Assembly (NCBI GenBank): GCA_027063745.1
Contig: JAMORG010000001.1
Coordinates: 1 to 53,766 of the forward strand
Direction of reading: 5' to 3'
DNA length: 53,766 nt
DNA from: Sulfurimonas sp.
GTDB lineage: Bacteria; Campylobacterota; Campylobacteria; Campylobacterales; Sulfurimonadaceae
A program made the translations under genes and the position numbers. The notes under the pieces are model-generated. The model searched no databases. It saw nothing but the letters and a program-made list of their open reading frames with translations, and was not told where the DNA came from. Below, one piece after another: positions 26,413-36,278 of the stretch (the stretch's first letter is position 1; each line of letters begins with the position of its first letter).

Positions 26413-29145
26413 TTATTTCAAATCGCTCCATTTATCACCTATATTGAGTGAGGCTTTGAGTGGAATATTCAGTTTTGTGATACCCTCCATCGTCTCTTGA
26501 AAACGCTTACCAAGCTTATCAGCAACACTTGCATCTACTTCGAAGATAAGCTCATCGTGAATCTGTAAGAGCATTCTTGCTGGCAATTTTTCATCTTTGA
26601 TGATGGCATCTATCTTGTTCATACTCAGCTTGATTAAGTCTGCTGCACTTCCCTGAAATACAGTATTTACCGCTTCACGCTCATAAGCAGCTCTAAACAT
26701 CGGAGTCGCTTTTTCATAGTCAAAGTATCTGCGGCGACGCAAAAGTGTCTCCACATAGCCCTGCTCTTTTGAGGTTGCTACGATAGAGGCAAAGTAGCTC
26801 TTAACCGTTGGAAACGATGCAAAGTACTTCTCAATGATGGCCTTTGCCTCTTTTGTAGTGATGCCCAAAGTATCTGAGAGCTTCTTTTGTCCCATACCAT
26901 AGAGCAGTCCAAAGTTTACTGTTTTTGCGATGTTTCTCTTCGCTTTTGCCTCCTCTTCTCCAAAGAGCACAATGGCAGTTTGGAGGTGAATGTCTTTATC
27001 ATGTTTAAAGGCATCTACCAGGGTTGGGTCCTGTGAGAAGTGAGCCAAGAGACGCAGCTCTATCTGTGAGTAGTCAATCCCTATGAGTTTTTTACCCTCA
27101 TCTGCTACAAAAGCCTCACGAATCTTAGCCCCCAGTGGTGTACGCGTCGGGATATTTTGCAGGTTCGGGTTTTTAGAGCTTAGACGCCCTGTTGCTGTTC
27201 CGGTTTGAACAAACGATGTGTGGATTCTCTGCTCGCTGTCTTCGTAAGCCAGCTTTAAAAGCGGGTCGATGTAAGTTGAGTAGAGCTTATGTACCTCACG
27301 GTACTCTAAGAGTTTAGGGATGATCGGGTGTTTGTCTTTTAAAGAGCTTAGTACTTTCTCATCTGTAGAGTAGCCTGTCTTTGTCTTTTTGCCAACAGGC
27401 AGACCAAGTGTCTCAAAAAGCACAACACCAAGCTGTTTTGTAGAGTTGATGTTAAACTCACTGCCTGCAAGTTCATATATCTCTTTTGTCAGGCGCTCCA
27501 AAGTTGTCTCTACCTCAGATGAGAACTGCTCCATAAAAGCAGTATCAAGCTTGATACCTGCTCTCTCCATAAGCAGCAGTGTTGTAATAAAAGGTACTTC
27601 CACCTCGGCTGCTTCTTTGATGAGATGCTCGGCACTTTGCAGTTTTAACTTCTCTAGGAACAAAAAGTAGAGTTTATAGGTAATGAGCGCATCTTCTGCT
27701 GCATATTTCGCTGCATCTTCCAGCTCGACAGAGGAGAAGTTCTCCCCTTTTTTAACTGTATCTTTAAAGGCTATCATCTCATGCCCAAGGAGTGCTTGGG
27801 AGAGCTTGTCAAGAGAGAGTTTGCTCTCAGGGTTTATAAGCCATGCAAGTATCATCGTATCGCTCTCAACAGGGAGTGCATCGACTTCCAAAAAGCGTGT
27901 AACAAAGTGCAGGTCAAACTTAATGTTATGCCCTACGATTTTGTGCTCAAAGAGCTCTCTTATGGCTTTTTTTATGCTCTCTTTGTCTATCTGCTGTGGT
28001 ACGCCAAGATAACTGTGCTCAAATGGTACATAGTATGCCTCTTTGTCGCTCACGCAAAAGCTAAAACCGACCATTTTGTCTTTTTCATAATCAAGCCCGG
28101 TTGTCTCTGTATCAAAAGCGACAATGGCATCTTTATCAATTTTCTTTATAATCTCAAAGAGCTCATTGGCATCTAAGATAAGCTTCGCATCAAAGTTTAA
28201 GGCATCTGCCTCTTTTTGTGCTGCATCACTGCTGTTTACCTTTTTCTTTGTTGCCTCCTGCTGCTCGCTTGAGACCATCTTTTTGGCATGAAGTGTTCGT
28301 AAGATGGCATTTTGTTCATAACGTACAAGCTCTTCATAGATATTTAAAAAAGGGTTTTCAATATCCATCTTGTACTCTTCAAAATCAAACTCATCGCATG
28401 AAAACACATTCGGATGCAGTGTTACAAGCTCTTTGGACATATATGCCGCCTCACGCGACTCTATGAGTTTCTTTTGTGTCGCACCTTTTATCTCATCGAT
28501 ATGTGCATAGATATTATCCAGAGTGCCATACTCTTTTAAAAGCTTTTCTGCTCCTACTTTACCGATGCCTTTGACACCTGGAACATTATCTGCACTGTCA
28601 CCCAAGATAGATTGATAGTCAATAAACTGCTTCGGTGTTACTCCATACTTAAGGTAGCACGCCTCTTCATTGACATACTTTTTCTTAATGGCATCAACAA
28701 GTACGACATTGTCATCATCTATAAGTTGACAAAGGTCTTTATCATGTGAGACAATACGAACCTTATAGCCTTTCTCTTTTGCACACTTTACAACAGTTGC
28801 AATGATATCATCAGCTTCAAAACCATCTTTTCCAAGTGTTTTATACCCCATCTTGTTAATCCACTCAATGGCAACTGGAAGTTGTTGTATCAGCTCAGGA
28901 GGTGGTGCTTGACGGTTTGCTTTGTAGTTTTCATCTATCTCATTTCTAAAGGTATCTCCTTTAGAGTCAACTGCAAAGATGATGTAGTCGCTGTCATGCT
29001 CTTTTTGCAACGTTGAGATAAAGTTTGTAAAACCGGTAAGAAGACCTGTTGGAAAACCGTCTTTTGTTTTGAGGTGTTGTGGCAGTGCATAAAAACTGCG
29101 AAAGAAAAAGCCAAATGTATCTATGACAGTAACAGTTTTACTCAA
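26413..29145 (-). CDS. polA: DNA polymerase I
   Basis: FEADD, GDSADNVPGVKGIG (5' nuclease); FDTETTG (3' exonuclease); DYSQIELR, KTVNFGLLYG, LQIHDEL. Likely TTG start at 29145. Confidence 0.97.
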   Translation of the reverse strand: MSKTVTVIDTFGFFFRSFYALPQHLKTKDGFPTGLLTGFTNFISTLQKEHDSDYIIFAVDSKGDTFRNEIDENYKANRQAPPPELIQQLPVAIEWINKMGYKTLGKDGFEADDIIATVVKCAKEKGYKVRIVSHDKDLCQLIDDDNVVLVDAIKKKYVNEEACYLKYGVTPKQFIDYQSILGDSADNVPGVKGIGKVGAEKLLKEYGTLDNIYAHIDEIKGATQKKLIESREAAYMSKELVTLHPNVFSCDEFDFEEYKMDIENPFLNIYEELVRYEQNAILRTLHAKKMVSSEQQEATKKKVNSSDAAQKEADALNFDAKLILDANELFEIIKKIDKDAIVAFDTETTGLDYEKDKMVGFSFCVSDKEAYYVPFEHSYLGVPQQIDKESIKKAIRELFEHKIVGHNIKFDLHFVTRFLEVDALPVESDTMILAWLINPESKLSLDKLSQALLGHEMIAFKDTVKKGENFSSVELEDAAKYAAEDALITYKLYFLFLEKLKLQSAEHLIKEAAEVEVPFITTLLLMERAGIKLDTAFMEQFSSEVETTLERLTKEIYELAGSEFNINSTKQLGVVLFETLGLPVGKKTKTGYSTDEKVLSSLKDKHPIIPKLLEYREVHKLYSTYIDPLLKLAYEDSEQRIHTSFVQTGTATGRLSSKNPNLQNIPTRTPLGAKIREAFVADEGKKLIGIDYSQIELRLLAHFSQDPTLVDAFKHDKDIHLQTAIVLFGEEEAKAKRNIAKTVNFGLLYGMGQKKLSDTLGITTKEAKAIIEKYFASFPTVKSYFASIVATSKEQGYVETLLRRRRYFDYEKATPMFRAAYEREAVNTVFQGSAADLIKLSMNKIDAIIKDEKLPARMLLQIHDELIFEVDASVADKLGKRFQETMEGITKLNIPLKASLNIGDKWSDLK

Positions 29146-29146
29146 A

Positions 29147-29965
29147 CTACTCTCCCTCAATCATATCAAGCATATCATCGATAACATCTTCTAAAACTTC
29201 ATGATCATAACCAGCATCACGTGCTTTTCGTAGAGCAAAGTTGATAGACTGATCTTCGAATGGTTTATTTACACAAAGAGCTGTTTTTACAATATTGAGC
29301 GCTGTTGCAAACTCTTTTACCTCTTTTGGTGCATTCGAAGGAGCATCAGAGTAGTGTATCATCGTAACAAATTCCTCATCAAAACCCCAGTGTTCAAAAA
29401 CAGAAGCAGTAACTTCCGCACTCGTGATACCGGCATAAGATTTCTCTACTGCAGGAATATTGTAAGTCATTTCAATTTCAGAGGCAAAAGATATATCTTC
29501 ACCCTCTTTAATAATATCACTTGCTATTAATATCTTTCCTGTTTCTTGCAAAAATGTAGCAAAATAGAGTTTTTCCGCTTTCTTTTGGTCAATCTGTTTA
29601 TACCATTTATCCATAAGCACTGCCTGCAGTGAAGATATTTCAGCGAACTTGTCACTTGTTATACCATAAGGCTGCATATCAACATTAAGAAGTTTACGCA
29701 CTGCATTTCCAAGAACAATAGAGCGTGTTTTACTCATACCAAAAAGACTGACAGCCTGTGCAACATTCTGAATCTCTTTACCAAAACCATATAAAGGTGA
29801 ATTGGCCTCTTTTAAAAGATTGGCTACCATCATAGGGTCTTGTTCAATAACCTTTGTCAATTCACCTACACCAGATTCAGCATCATTGTAAACACGGTTT
29901 ATATCACTTATTGTTTTTGAGAGAGGAGGAAGTGATTTTATACTCTCAACTATGGAGCTTTTCAT
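29147..29965 (-). CDS. HDOD domain protein
   Basis: SLPPL, IEQDPMMVANLLKEANSPLYGF, AVSLFG, FLQETGK (degenerate HD), FEHWGF. Confidence 0.88.
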   Translation of the reverse strand: MKSSIVESIKSLPPLSKTISDINRVYNDAESGVGELTKVIEQDPMMVANLLKEANSPLYGFGKEIQNVAQAVSLFGMSKTRSIVLGNAVRKLLNVDMQPYGITSDKFAEISSLQAVLMDKWYKQIDQKKAEKLYFATFLQETGKILIASDIIKEGEDISFASEIEMTYNIPAVEKSYAGITSAEVTASVFEHWGFDEEFVTMIHYSDAPSNAPKEVKEFATALNIVKTALCVNKPFEDQSINFALRKARDAGYDHEVLEDVIDDMLDMIEGE

Positions 29966-30050
29966 TATGAAAACCTTTCATTTTATGAAATTAATATTAC
30001 ATTAATTATAGCATACTAAACTGTTATAAAGTAAGAACAAAGGTAAAGAA

Positions 30051-31388
30051 ATGCAAGAAGAAAACAAAAAAGCCTTTGGCCTGTGGAGCGCTGTTTTTTT
30101 AGGTATTGGTTCTATGGTCGGAGCAGGTATATTCATCGTTATCGGTGAGGCTGGTGCGATTGCCGGTAATTTAGTAACCGTATCCTTTATTATTGCTGGC
30201 ATCATTGCTATGTTGTGTGGCTATTCTCTTAGTAAACTGGCCATCACTTACCCCTCACGCGGAGGGATTATTGAATATCTTGTGCAGAGTTACGGAGAGG
30301 GCTTTTTCTCAGGTTCATTGGGTGTTTTGTTTTATATGGCTCAGCTGGTCGCACTTGCTGCTGTTGCAAAATCCTTTGGAACATACGCTGCTACATATGT
30401 AGATACAGGCAGTAGTGCTTTTTATACAAACATATTTGCAGTAGCCATTCTTGGTGCTTTTGTCTTAGTCAATCTCGTAGGTGCTTCGGTAGTGGCCAAA
30501 TCAGAGAATATCATTGTTCTTATCAAAGTCAGTGCCCTTGTTATCTTCACAGTTGCTGCACTTTTTTATATCAAGCCGGAAAATCTGGCTATCAAAGAAG
30601 CGCCAAGTATTATTCATATCTTTTTCTCTTTGGGGCTGACCTTCTTTGCTTTTCAAGGTTTTAGTGTCATTACAAACAGTGTAGAAGATATGCAAAATCC
30701 AAAAGAGACAATGCTAAAGTCAATGTTCTATGCTATTGTGATCGTTGCACTTTTGTATATTAGTATTTCTATAGCTGTCTTTGGTAATCTCTCACTTGAT
30801 GCCATAATTCAAAGTAAAGATTATGCACTCGCCGAAGCTGCAAAACCGGCTTTTGGAGAGATAGGTTTTAAAATCATAGCGGCAACAGCACTCTTTGCAA
30901 CTGCATCGGCCATTAACGCGACCCTCTATGCTGTAACACAGATAAGTTATACCCTGGCAAAAGAGGGACACCTTCCAAGAGAGTATGAACGCCAAATATT
31001 CAACAACACCGAAGGGCTCATTATCTCAGCGGTTTTGATTATCCCTATGATACTCTTTTTAAACCTTGGAGAGATCGCTTCTATTGCCGCAGTGACTGTA
31101 CTGCTCATCCAAGGTTTTACACATACAGGACACCTTTTTAAGTATAAAGATACAGGCGCAAAACTATGGCTGATTCTTTTAGCTATTGCAGGAACTTTTA
31201 GTGCAGCTGGTTTTGCCACTTACTATACTTCAGAGAAGATAGCCCATTTTGGTCTTTATATCGTAATGGCTTTTGTTATTGCATTTACTTTAGAAGTACT
31301 TTTAAGACTCTTTAACGAAAGAACGATTGAGAAGCAGATTATTAAAGAGATAGAGTCAGAACTAGAATCTCTCAAAGAGAGACTCTAG
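30051..31388 (+). CDS. APC family amino acid permease
   Basis: GSMVGAGIF, PSRGG, FFAFQGF; about 12 TM segments. Confidence 0.9.
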   Translation: MQEENKKAFGLWSAVFLGIGSMVGAGIFIVIGEAGAIAGNLVTVSFIIAGIIAMLCGYSLSKLAITYPSRGGIIEYLVQSYGEGFFSGSLGVLFYMAQLVALAAVAKSFGTYAATYVDTGSSAFYTNIFAVAILGAFVLVNLVGASVVAKSENIIVLIKVSALVIFTVAALFYIKPENLAIKEAPSIIHIFFSLGLTFFAFQGFSVITNSVEDMQNPKETMLKSMFYAIVIVALLYISISIAVFGNLSLDAIIQSKDYALAEAAKPAFGEIGFKIIAATALFATASAINATLYAVTQISYTLAKEGHLPREYERQIFNNTEGLIISAVLIIPMILFLNLGEIASIAAVTVLLIQGFTHTGHLFKYKDTGAKLWLILLAIAGTFSAAGFATYYTSEKIAHFGLYIVMAFVIAFTLEVLLRLFNERTIEKQIIKEIESELESLKERL

Positions 31389-32092
31389 TGGCACTGTAAA
31401 ATAGTACGAAGTGGGTTTGTAAGGTAGTCATAACCGTTATAGAGCGTAAAGAGCCCATAGATTATAACCGCTACAGAGGAGAGACTCATCATCATATTTC
31501 GAAAGCTTGTCGCGCTTGCAAGTGAAGACAAAAAGCCAAGAGAGAACATCGCAGGAATGGTACTGATACCAAAGATAAACATCACTAAAGCTCCATAAAG
31601 CGGACTGGCAGTACTTGCAGCTGTAATGGCAAAAAAGTAAACAAATCCACATGGCAAAAGACCATTAAGCATACCAAGTAAAAAGAAACTAATGTTTGAT
31701 TTTGAGTGCAGGATCTTTTGAAATGAATTTTTATAAAAACTGGATGAAGAGATAGAGTGTTCTATCACTGTCAAAAATTTAATCTTTCCCATTAATGAAA
31801 GTCCAGCTAAAACCATAGCCACTCCTGCAATGATGAGCAAGATGCCATTGGCTGTATTGGAAAACGTAGCCACTCCACCAAGTGCTCCAAAAATAGCACC
31901 TAAAATCGTGTAAGTTAAAACTCTTCCCATATTATAAAGAAGGTGGGCAACTGTTTTAGAGACTTTGGAGCTTTGTGGGTCTATCTTTATACTTGAGTAT
32001 GCTAAAACAATCCCTCCACACATACCTATACAGTGCCCAAAAGAACCTAAAAAAGCAATAGAGATGATTGTAAGAAAATTAATAGTATCCAT
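31385..32092 (-). CDS. TauE/SafE-like (DsbD_2) membrane protein
   Basis: GHCIGMCGG, YNMGRVLTY, GLLPCGFVY, MFIFGISTIP. Confidence 0.85.
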   Translation of the reverse strand: MDTINFLTIISIAFLGSFGHCIGMCGGIVLAYSSIKIDPQSSKVSKTVAHLLYNMGRVLTYTILGAIFGALGGVATFSNTANGILLIIAGVAMVLAGLSLMGKIKFLTVIEHSISSSSFYKNSFQKILHSKSNISFFLLGMLNGLLPCGFVYFFAITAASTASPLYGALVMFIFGISTIPAMFSLGFLSSLASATSFRNMMMSLSSVAVIIYGLFTLYNGYDYLTNPLRTILQCH

Positions 32093-32595
32093 TAATGCCC
32101 CAAGAGTTTTTTACGGATTTTTGGATCTCTCATAGTCTCACCACGAAGTACCTTTAGACGCATCGTCTCAAAGTCTATCATTCCGTCACCTTTTTTTTCA
32201 TACGCACCAAAACCATAACCCATAGGTGTTGTTTCGTTTACTGTATAAAAGGCTTTTTTCGCATCTATCCAGCGGTGTGTATCTCGACTCATGACCCAAA
32301 TAACGGCATCTTTTTCAAAGGGCTTGTCTTTGAGCCACTCAACAAAGTCACCATGGTCATGAAAGAACCATGTTTTTCCATCTGGGGCAATCACCTGCGA
32401 AGCATAGTCAAGCTCGGTAATGACCATACCGCAAAAACTGTCCTGACACTTGTTTACTTCCATAGGGAGTGGTTTTTTATCGAGATTTCCCTCTTTTATG
32501 ACGATCATCTTCTGCGCTGATCCCAAAGAGACAAAAACAACAACAATAATAAGAACAATAGTTATAACTATTAGATAGGGAGCAAATTTTTTCAT
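32092..32595 (-). CDS. NosL-like membrane-anchored metal (Cu) chaperone
   Basis: N-terminal TM; CQDSFCGMVI, FFHDHGD, WIDAKKAFY, TPMGYGFGA. Start moved to ATG 32595. Confidence 0.75.
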   Translation of the reverse strand: MKKFAPYLIVITIVLIIVVVFVSLGSAQKMIVIKEGNLDKKPLPMEVNKCQDSFCGMVITELDYASQVIAPDGKTWFFHDHGDFVEWLKDKPFEKDAVIWVMSRDTHRWIDAKKAFYTVNETTPMGYGFGAYEKKGDGMIDFETMRLKVLRGETMRDPKIRKKLLGH

Positions 32596-32618
32596 ACTGC
32601 TATTATACTCCATTTGAA

Positions 32619-33095
32619 TTAATCACGTCGTTTTTTTCCTTTTCCAAGATCATCATACTTTAAAAAACGCTCCAAGTCTTTATGCAACGCTTCATCCAGA
32701 CTGTCCCAGATCGCCTTTTTTTCTTTATAACGTTTTGGATCTTCTGTTTTTGACTTTTTAATATCTCGTATAAGATAGTGATAACGCACCAGCTTTTTTG
32801 TATAGTCACTTATAAAAGGCCACTTTTTAATGATCTGATAACTTTTCTCTTCATGGTCAGTAAAACTCCACTCATCAAAATCCCTGTCTTCTTGATCTTT
32901 TTTAAAAGCAGTAAATGGTTTGCCTATATCATGCAAAAGTGCAGCTGCAAGCATCTTAAAGTCGCCATTTTTTAGCGTATAATAGACTACACGCAGTGTA
33001 TGCAGCAGTACACCGTGCTGATGCCACTTGTTTTGTGTAAAGAGTAAAGAGTCCCAAAAAGCTTTGGAAAAGATTGAGTTGTTTGTCTGGTTCAT
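32619..33095 (-). CDS. Stand-alone HD-domain phosphohydrolase
   Basis: HGVLLHT...ALLHDIGKP...DHE...RYH...DD. Confidence 0.85.
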   Translation of the reverse strand: MNQTNNSIFSKAFWDSLLFTQNKWHQHGVLLHTLRVVYYTLKNGDFKMLAAALLHDIGKPFTAFKKDQEDRDFDEWSFTDHEEKSYQIIKKWPFISDYTKKLVRYHYLIRDIKKSKTEDPKRYKEKKAIWDSLDEALHKDLERFLKYDDLGKGKKRRD

Positions 33096-33919
33096 AAATG
33101 CTCTTTTTTTATAGGATGATATACCTCAACGGTATCTTTGAGGTCTTGTCTTTGTATATGTGTATAGACCTGTGTTGTCAAAAGAGAAGCATGCCCTAAA
33201 AGCTCTTGTACGACTCTTAGGTCTGCACCTCCGCGAATAAGTGAAGTCGCATAGGAGTGACGCAGTACATGGGGAGAGACTCCAAGATACTTTTGTGTGA
33301 TTTTATAAGCCGATATACGACTGAGTCGGCCGCCTTTATAGTTATACCACAGATGCCCACTATCAAAAGAGAGCTCACGCAGATACTCCTCTAATGCTTC
33401 CAAAGCAACAGGTGCTAAAGGAACAACACGCTCTTTATCACCTTTTGCATGACGTATATAGAGCCACTCTCCTTCAATATCTTCACGTTTAAGCGAGAGT
33501 GCTTCACTGATACGTGCACCACTTGCATATAAAAAGAGTATCAAAGCATAATCACGTTTGCCTATCCATGAAGTTCTATCTATGGACTTCAAACCTTTTT
33601 GTATCTCCTCATAAGAGAGAAATTTTGGCAGAAGTTTGGGAATTTTTGAAGATTTGAGCTTTTTTTTCTCATCACTGAAATGCGACTTGTAACAAAAATC
33701 AAAAAAGGCATTGACAGCAGAGAGTTTGCGGTTGAGTGTGCGTTTGTTTTCATACTGAGTCAAAAGTTCTAAAAGTTTTGCAGTATCAAGAGATATAAGG
33801 GGTTTAGAGAGTTGTTCTTCAAAAAAAAGCAAGTCAGACTTGTAGGCTGCTATGCTCTTTTTGCTCAAAGCTTTTATAACAGTAATATACTCGATAAAAG
33901 CTTCTAGTTCATTGGACAT
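33092..33919 (-). CDS. Tyrosine recombinase, XerD-like
   Basis: LYASGARISE, KGDKER, PHVLRHSYAT, GADLRVVQELLGH, TTQVY; sits within a housekeeping gene run. Confidence 0.9.
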   Translation of the reverse strand: MSNELEAFIEYITVIKALSKKSIAAYKSDLLFFEEQLSKPLISLDTAKLLELLTQYENKRTLNRKLSAVNAFFDFCYKSHFSDEKKKLKSSKIPKLLPKFLSYEEIQKGLKSIDRTSWIGKRDYALILFLYASGARISEALSLKREDIEGEWLYIRHAKGDKERVVPLAPVALEALEEYLRELSFDSGHLWYNYKGGRLSRISAYKITQKYLGVSPHVLRHSYATSLIRGGADLRVVQELLGHASLLTTQVYTHIQRQDLKDTVEVYHPIKKEHL

Positions 33920-33920
33920 T

Positions 33921-34910
33921 TTACTCGAGGATTATCTTTTCATCTTCAACATAAAAAACATCATCACCAACAAAGACAAAAGCATCTTCGTCAATATCCA
34001 CTTCATGAACCGTATAGTCAAAGTTTGACTTATCTACAACGATAAGATAGCCCTCTTTCTCTAAGATATAGAGTTTGTCTTTATATGCAATCATACCAAG
34101 AAAGTGTGCAAACGGGAACTTGATCTTTGACTCTACCTGCAGATCAGGTGTCAATGCAATAACTTCACCCTGCTTCGTTGTTAGATAGATACGATCACCA
34201 TCTACGACAACATTTCGTATCTCATACTTTTTACGTAACTCTTTTTTTGAGAGTGCAAGTAGTTTATATGAAGTAGCACCAAGGAGCTTGTTGTTTGCCA
34301 GTTTAAAGTAGATGACATTGTTAAAGTAAGGTTCTGAAGAGATAATAGATGTACGAAGACGTTTTTTGGCATCTATTTTAACGATTATAATCTTCCCATC
34401 AAGTGTCGGAAACATTACCAGATCATTAAAGAAGTAAGGATTTACCATACGTCTGTCATTAGCAATAGCTTTACCGCTTTGTTCTTTAAATATAAGCGAT
34501 TTTTCATCTGTATCATAAAGGGCAATATCATTGTTTGCAAAGACAACTGCTAAGATATTGTCTTTAATACTTGCTGCTGCGATAGTCTTTTTGAGCATAT
34601 AAGAGCTTCTCTCTTGGCTCTCTAGGTCAGTCATAGTAACATTACCATCAATAGATGCACTAATAATCTTGCCATCACTTAAAGAGACGACTCTTTGATT
34701 TTCAGGGATAACGATGTTCGTTTCACCCTTTTTAGTAAGAACATGACGGTTATCCAAAAGTGCCACATTTGCCGCAGTATCGATAATATCATCAGATATA
34801 GACTCTATTTTGTCCCAATCATCAGTGACTACTTTTGGTTCATAAACCTCTTTTGTACTACAGGCACTAAAAATAAAAGCAACAAGAGCTAAGAAAAGAT
34901 ACTGTTTCAA
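33921..34910 (-). CDS. Beta-propeller lipoprotein (PQQ/BamB-like)
   Basis: Lipobox FSAC; repeated blade-like motifs (SASIDGNV, PTLDGKI, TTKQGEV, LEKEGYL); TTG start. Confidence 0.65.
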   Translation of the reverse strand: MKQYLFLALVAFIFSACSTKEVYEPKVVTDDWDKIESISDDIIDTAANVALLDNRHVLTKKGETNIVIPENQRVVSLSDGKIISASIDGNVTMTDLESQERSSYMLKKTIAAASIKDNILAVVFANNDIALYDTDEKSLIFKEQSGKAIANDRRMVNPYFFNDLVMFPTLDGKIIIVKIDAKKRLRTSIISSEPYFNNVIYFKLANNKLLGATSYKLLALSKKELRKKYEIRNVVVDGDRIYLTTKQGEVIALTPDLQVESKIKFPFAHFLGMIAYKDKLYILEKEGYLIVVDKSNFDYTVHEVDIDEDAFVFVGDDVFYVEDEKIILE

Positions 34911-34911
34911 A

Positions 34912-35508
34912 TTACTTTACCCCATAGTGCATTAAAGCATTTGCAACATCAGCCAAAGGAGAAGTCAGAGCGACCATAGCAAGCTTTGCGTGAGCCTCAT
35001 CTATCTTTTTATCTTCTAAAAGGAGTACTGCTTCCATCACATAAGCAAGATCTTTGTAGATCGCTTTTTCATTACTTGCATAACTCTCCAGTCCTGATTT
35101 ATCTGCTTTTAGCTGAGCTGACTCATATACAGAAGTATCATCAATCACCAAAGCCTTTGTTGTTTTCAACTCTTGAAGTTGTTGTTCGTTTTGATTAGCA
35201 ATAGCTTGAGAGTAGAGCCATACATCATGCAGCTGCGGACTAAGATTTTCAAGACGGCTTAAAGCTACTGTATCGTTTGGATTTTTTTCCAAAAGAGCCA
35301 GTGTTTCATTAGCTGATTCAATTCTATTTTGTTCGTTGATTGTATAAGCGACATCTGCCGTCACAACAAGAACTATTGCAATAATAGAACCGATGATGGC
35401 CTTTTTATATTTTTTAACAAATTTTTCTGTCATCACTGCTTTTTCAAAAAACTTTTCTTCAGAATTCAGCTCATCTTTGACCATTTCAATATTTTCTTTT
35501 AAACTCAA
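34912..35508 (-). CDS. Single-TM helical/TPR protein (YfgM-like)
   Basis: FVKKYKK followed by one TM helix and an all-helical C-terminal domain; TTG start with AAGGA RBS. Confidence 0.65.
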   Translation of the reverse strand: MSLKENIEMVKDELNSEEKFFEKAVMTEKFVKKYKKAIIGSIIAIVLVVTADVAYTINEQNRIESANETLALLEKNPNDTVALSRLENLSPQLHDVWLYSQAIANQNEQQLQELKTTKALVIDDTSVYESAQLKADKSGLESYASNEKAIYKDLAYVMEAVLLLEDKKIDEAHAKLAMVALTSPLADVANALMHYGVK

Positions 35509-35639
35509 AACATATTCCTTTTTTTCATAAAATCTTTAAAAGTTCCTAATATTATCGCATACTTTGTTAAAGTTTCATCAAACACATAAGATTTATATGT
35601 TAAAATCTTTGTAATCAATATTTTAATACAGGAATAACA

Positions 35640-35930
35640 ATGCAAGTAGATGATGCACTTTTGAGCAGATTAGAAAAATTATCATATTTAAAAATAGACG
35701 ATGACAAACGCCAAGAAATCATAACCCAACTCTCAGAGATTGTCGGTTTTGTAGATAATCTAAGTGAGCTTGACACTGATGGTGTAGATGCAACATTTAC
35801 TATGGATGGTGCACCGACACCACTGCGTGAGGATACTCCGGCATGCAATCCAGAGATCCATGAAGAGATATTAAAACATGCACCAAAAAGTGCTGATGAT
35901 TTCTTTGTAGTTCCAAAGATTATAGAGTAA
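35640..35930 (+). CDS. gatC: Asp/Glu-tRNA amidotransferase subunit C
   Basis: LEKLSYL...LSELDT...PLRED...APKSADDFFVVPKIIE. Confidence 0.95.
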   Translation: MQVDDALLSRLEKLSYLKIDDDKRQEIITQLSEIVGFVDNLSELDTDGVDATFTMDGAPTPLREDTPACNPEIHEEILKHAPKSADDFFVVPKIIE

Positions 35931-35936
35931 ACTATA

Positions 35937-36278
35937 ATGATAAAAATTTATGGCATAAAAAATTGTGACAGTGTCAAAAAAGCACTCAAGTTTTTCAAAG
36001 AGCATCAACTAGAGTATGAGCTTTTTGACTTTAAAACAAAGCCCTTGCCATGTTCAAAAATAGATGAATGGCTGCAAAAAACAGATATAAATACTCTTTT
36101 TAACTCTCGCTCTACAACATACAGGAATCTCAAACTAAAAGAGTTGAATCTCAGTGATGAAGACAAAAAAGAGTGGCTCTGCAAAGAAAATCTTCTTATA
36201 AAAAGACCTGTTGTAGAGTTTGATGAAAAACTCCTAGTCGGTTTTAAAGAAGAAGAGTATAAAAGGATATTTTTATGA
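35937..36278 (+). CDS. ArsC/Spx (YffB-like) family protein
   Basis: IYGIKNCDSVKKA, LIKRPV, LVGF. Confidence 0.9.
   Translation: MIKIYGIKNCDSVKKALKFFKEHQLEYELFDFKTKPLPCSKIDEWLQKTDINTLFNSRSTTYRNLKLKELNLSDEDKKEWLCKENLLIKRPVVEFDEKLLVGFKEEEYKRIFL

Noticed and set aside
33092-33919. Tyrosine recombinase as a prophage or island integrase
   Set aside because: No att repeats, tRNA or phage/cargo genes nearby; it is packed among housekeeping genes and has XerD-like motifs.
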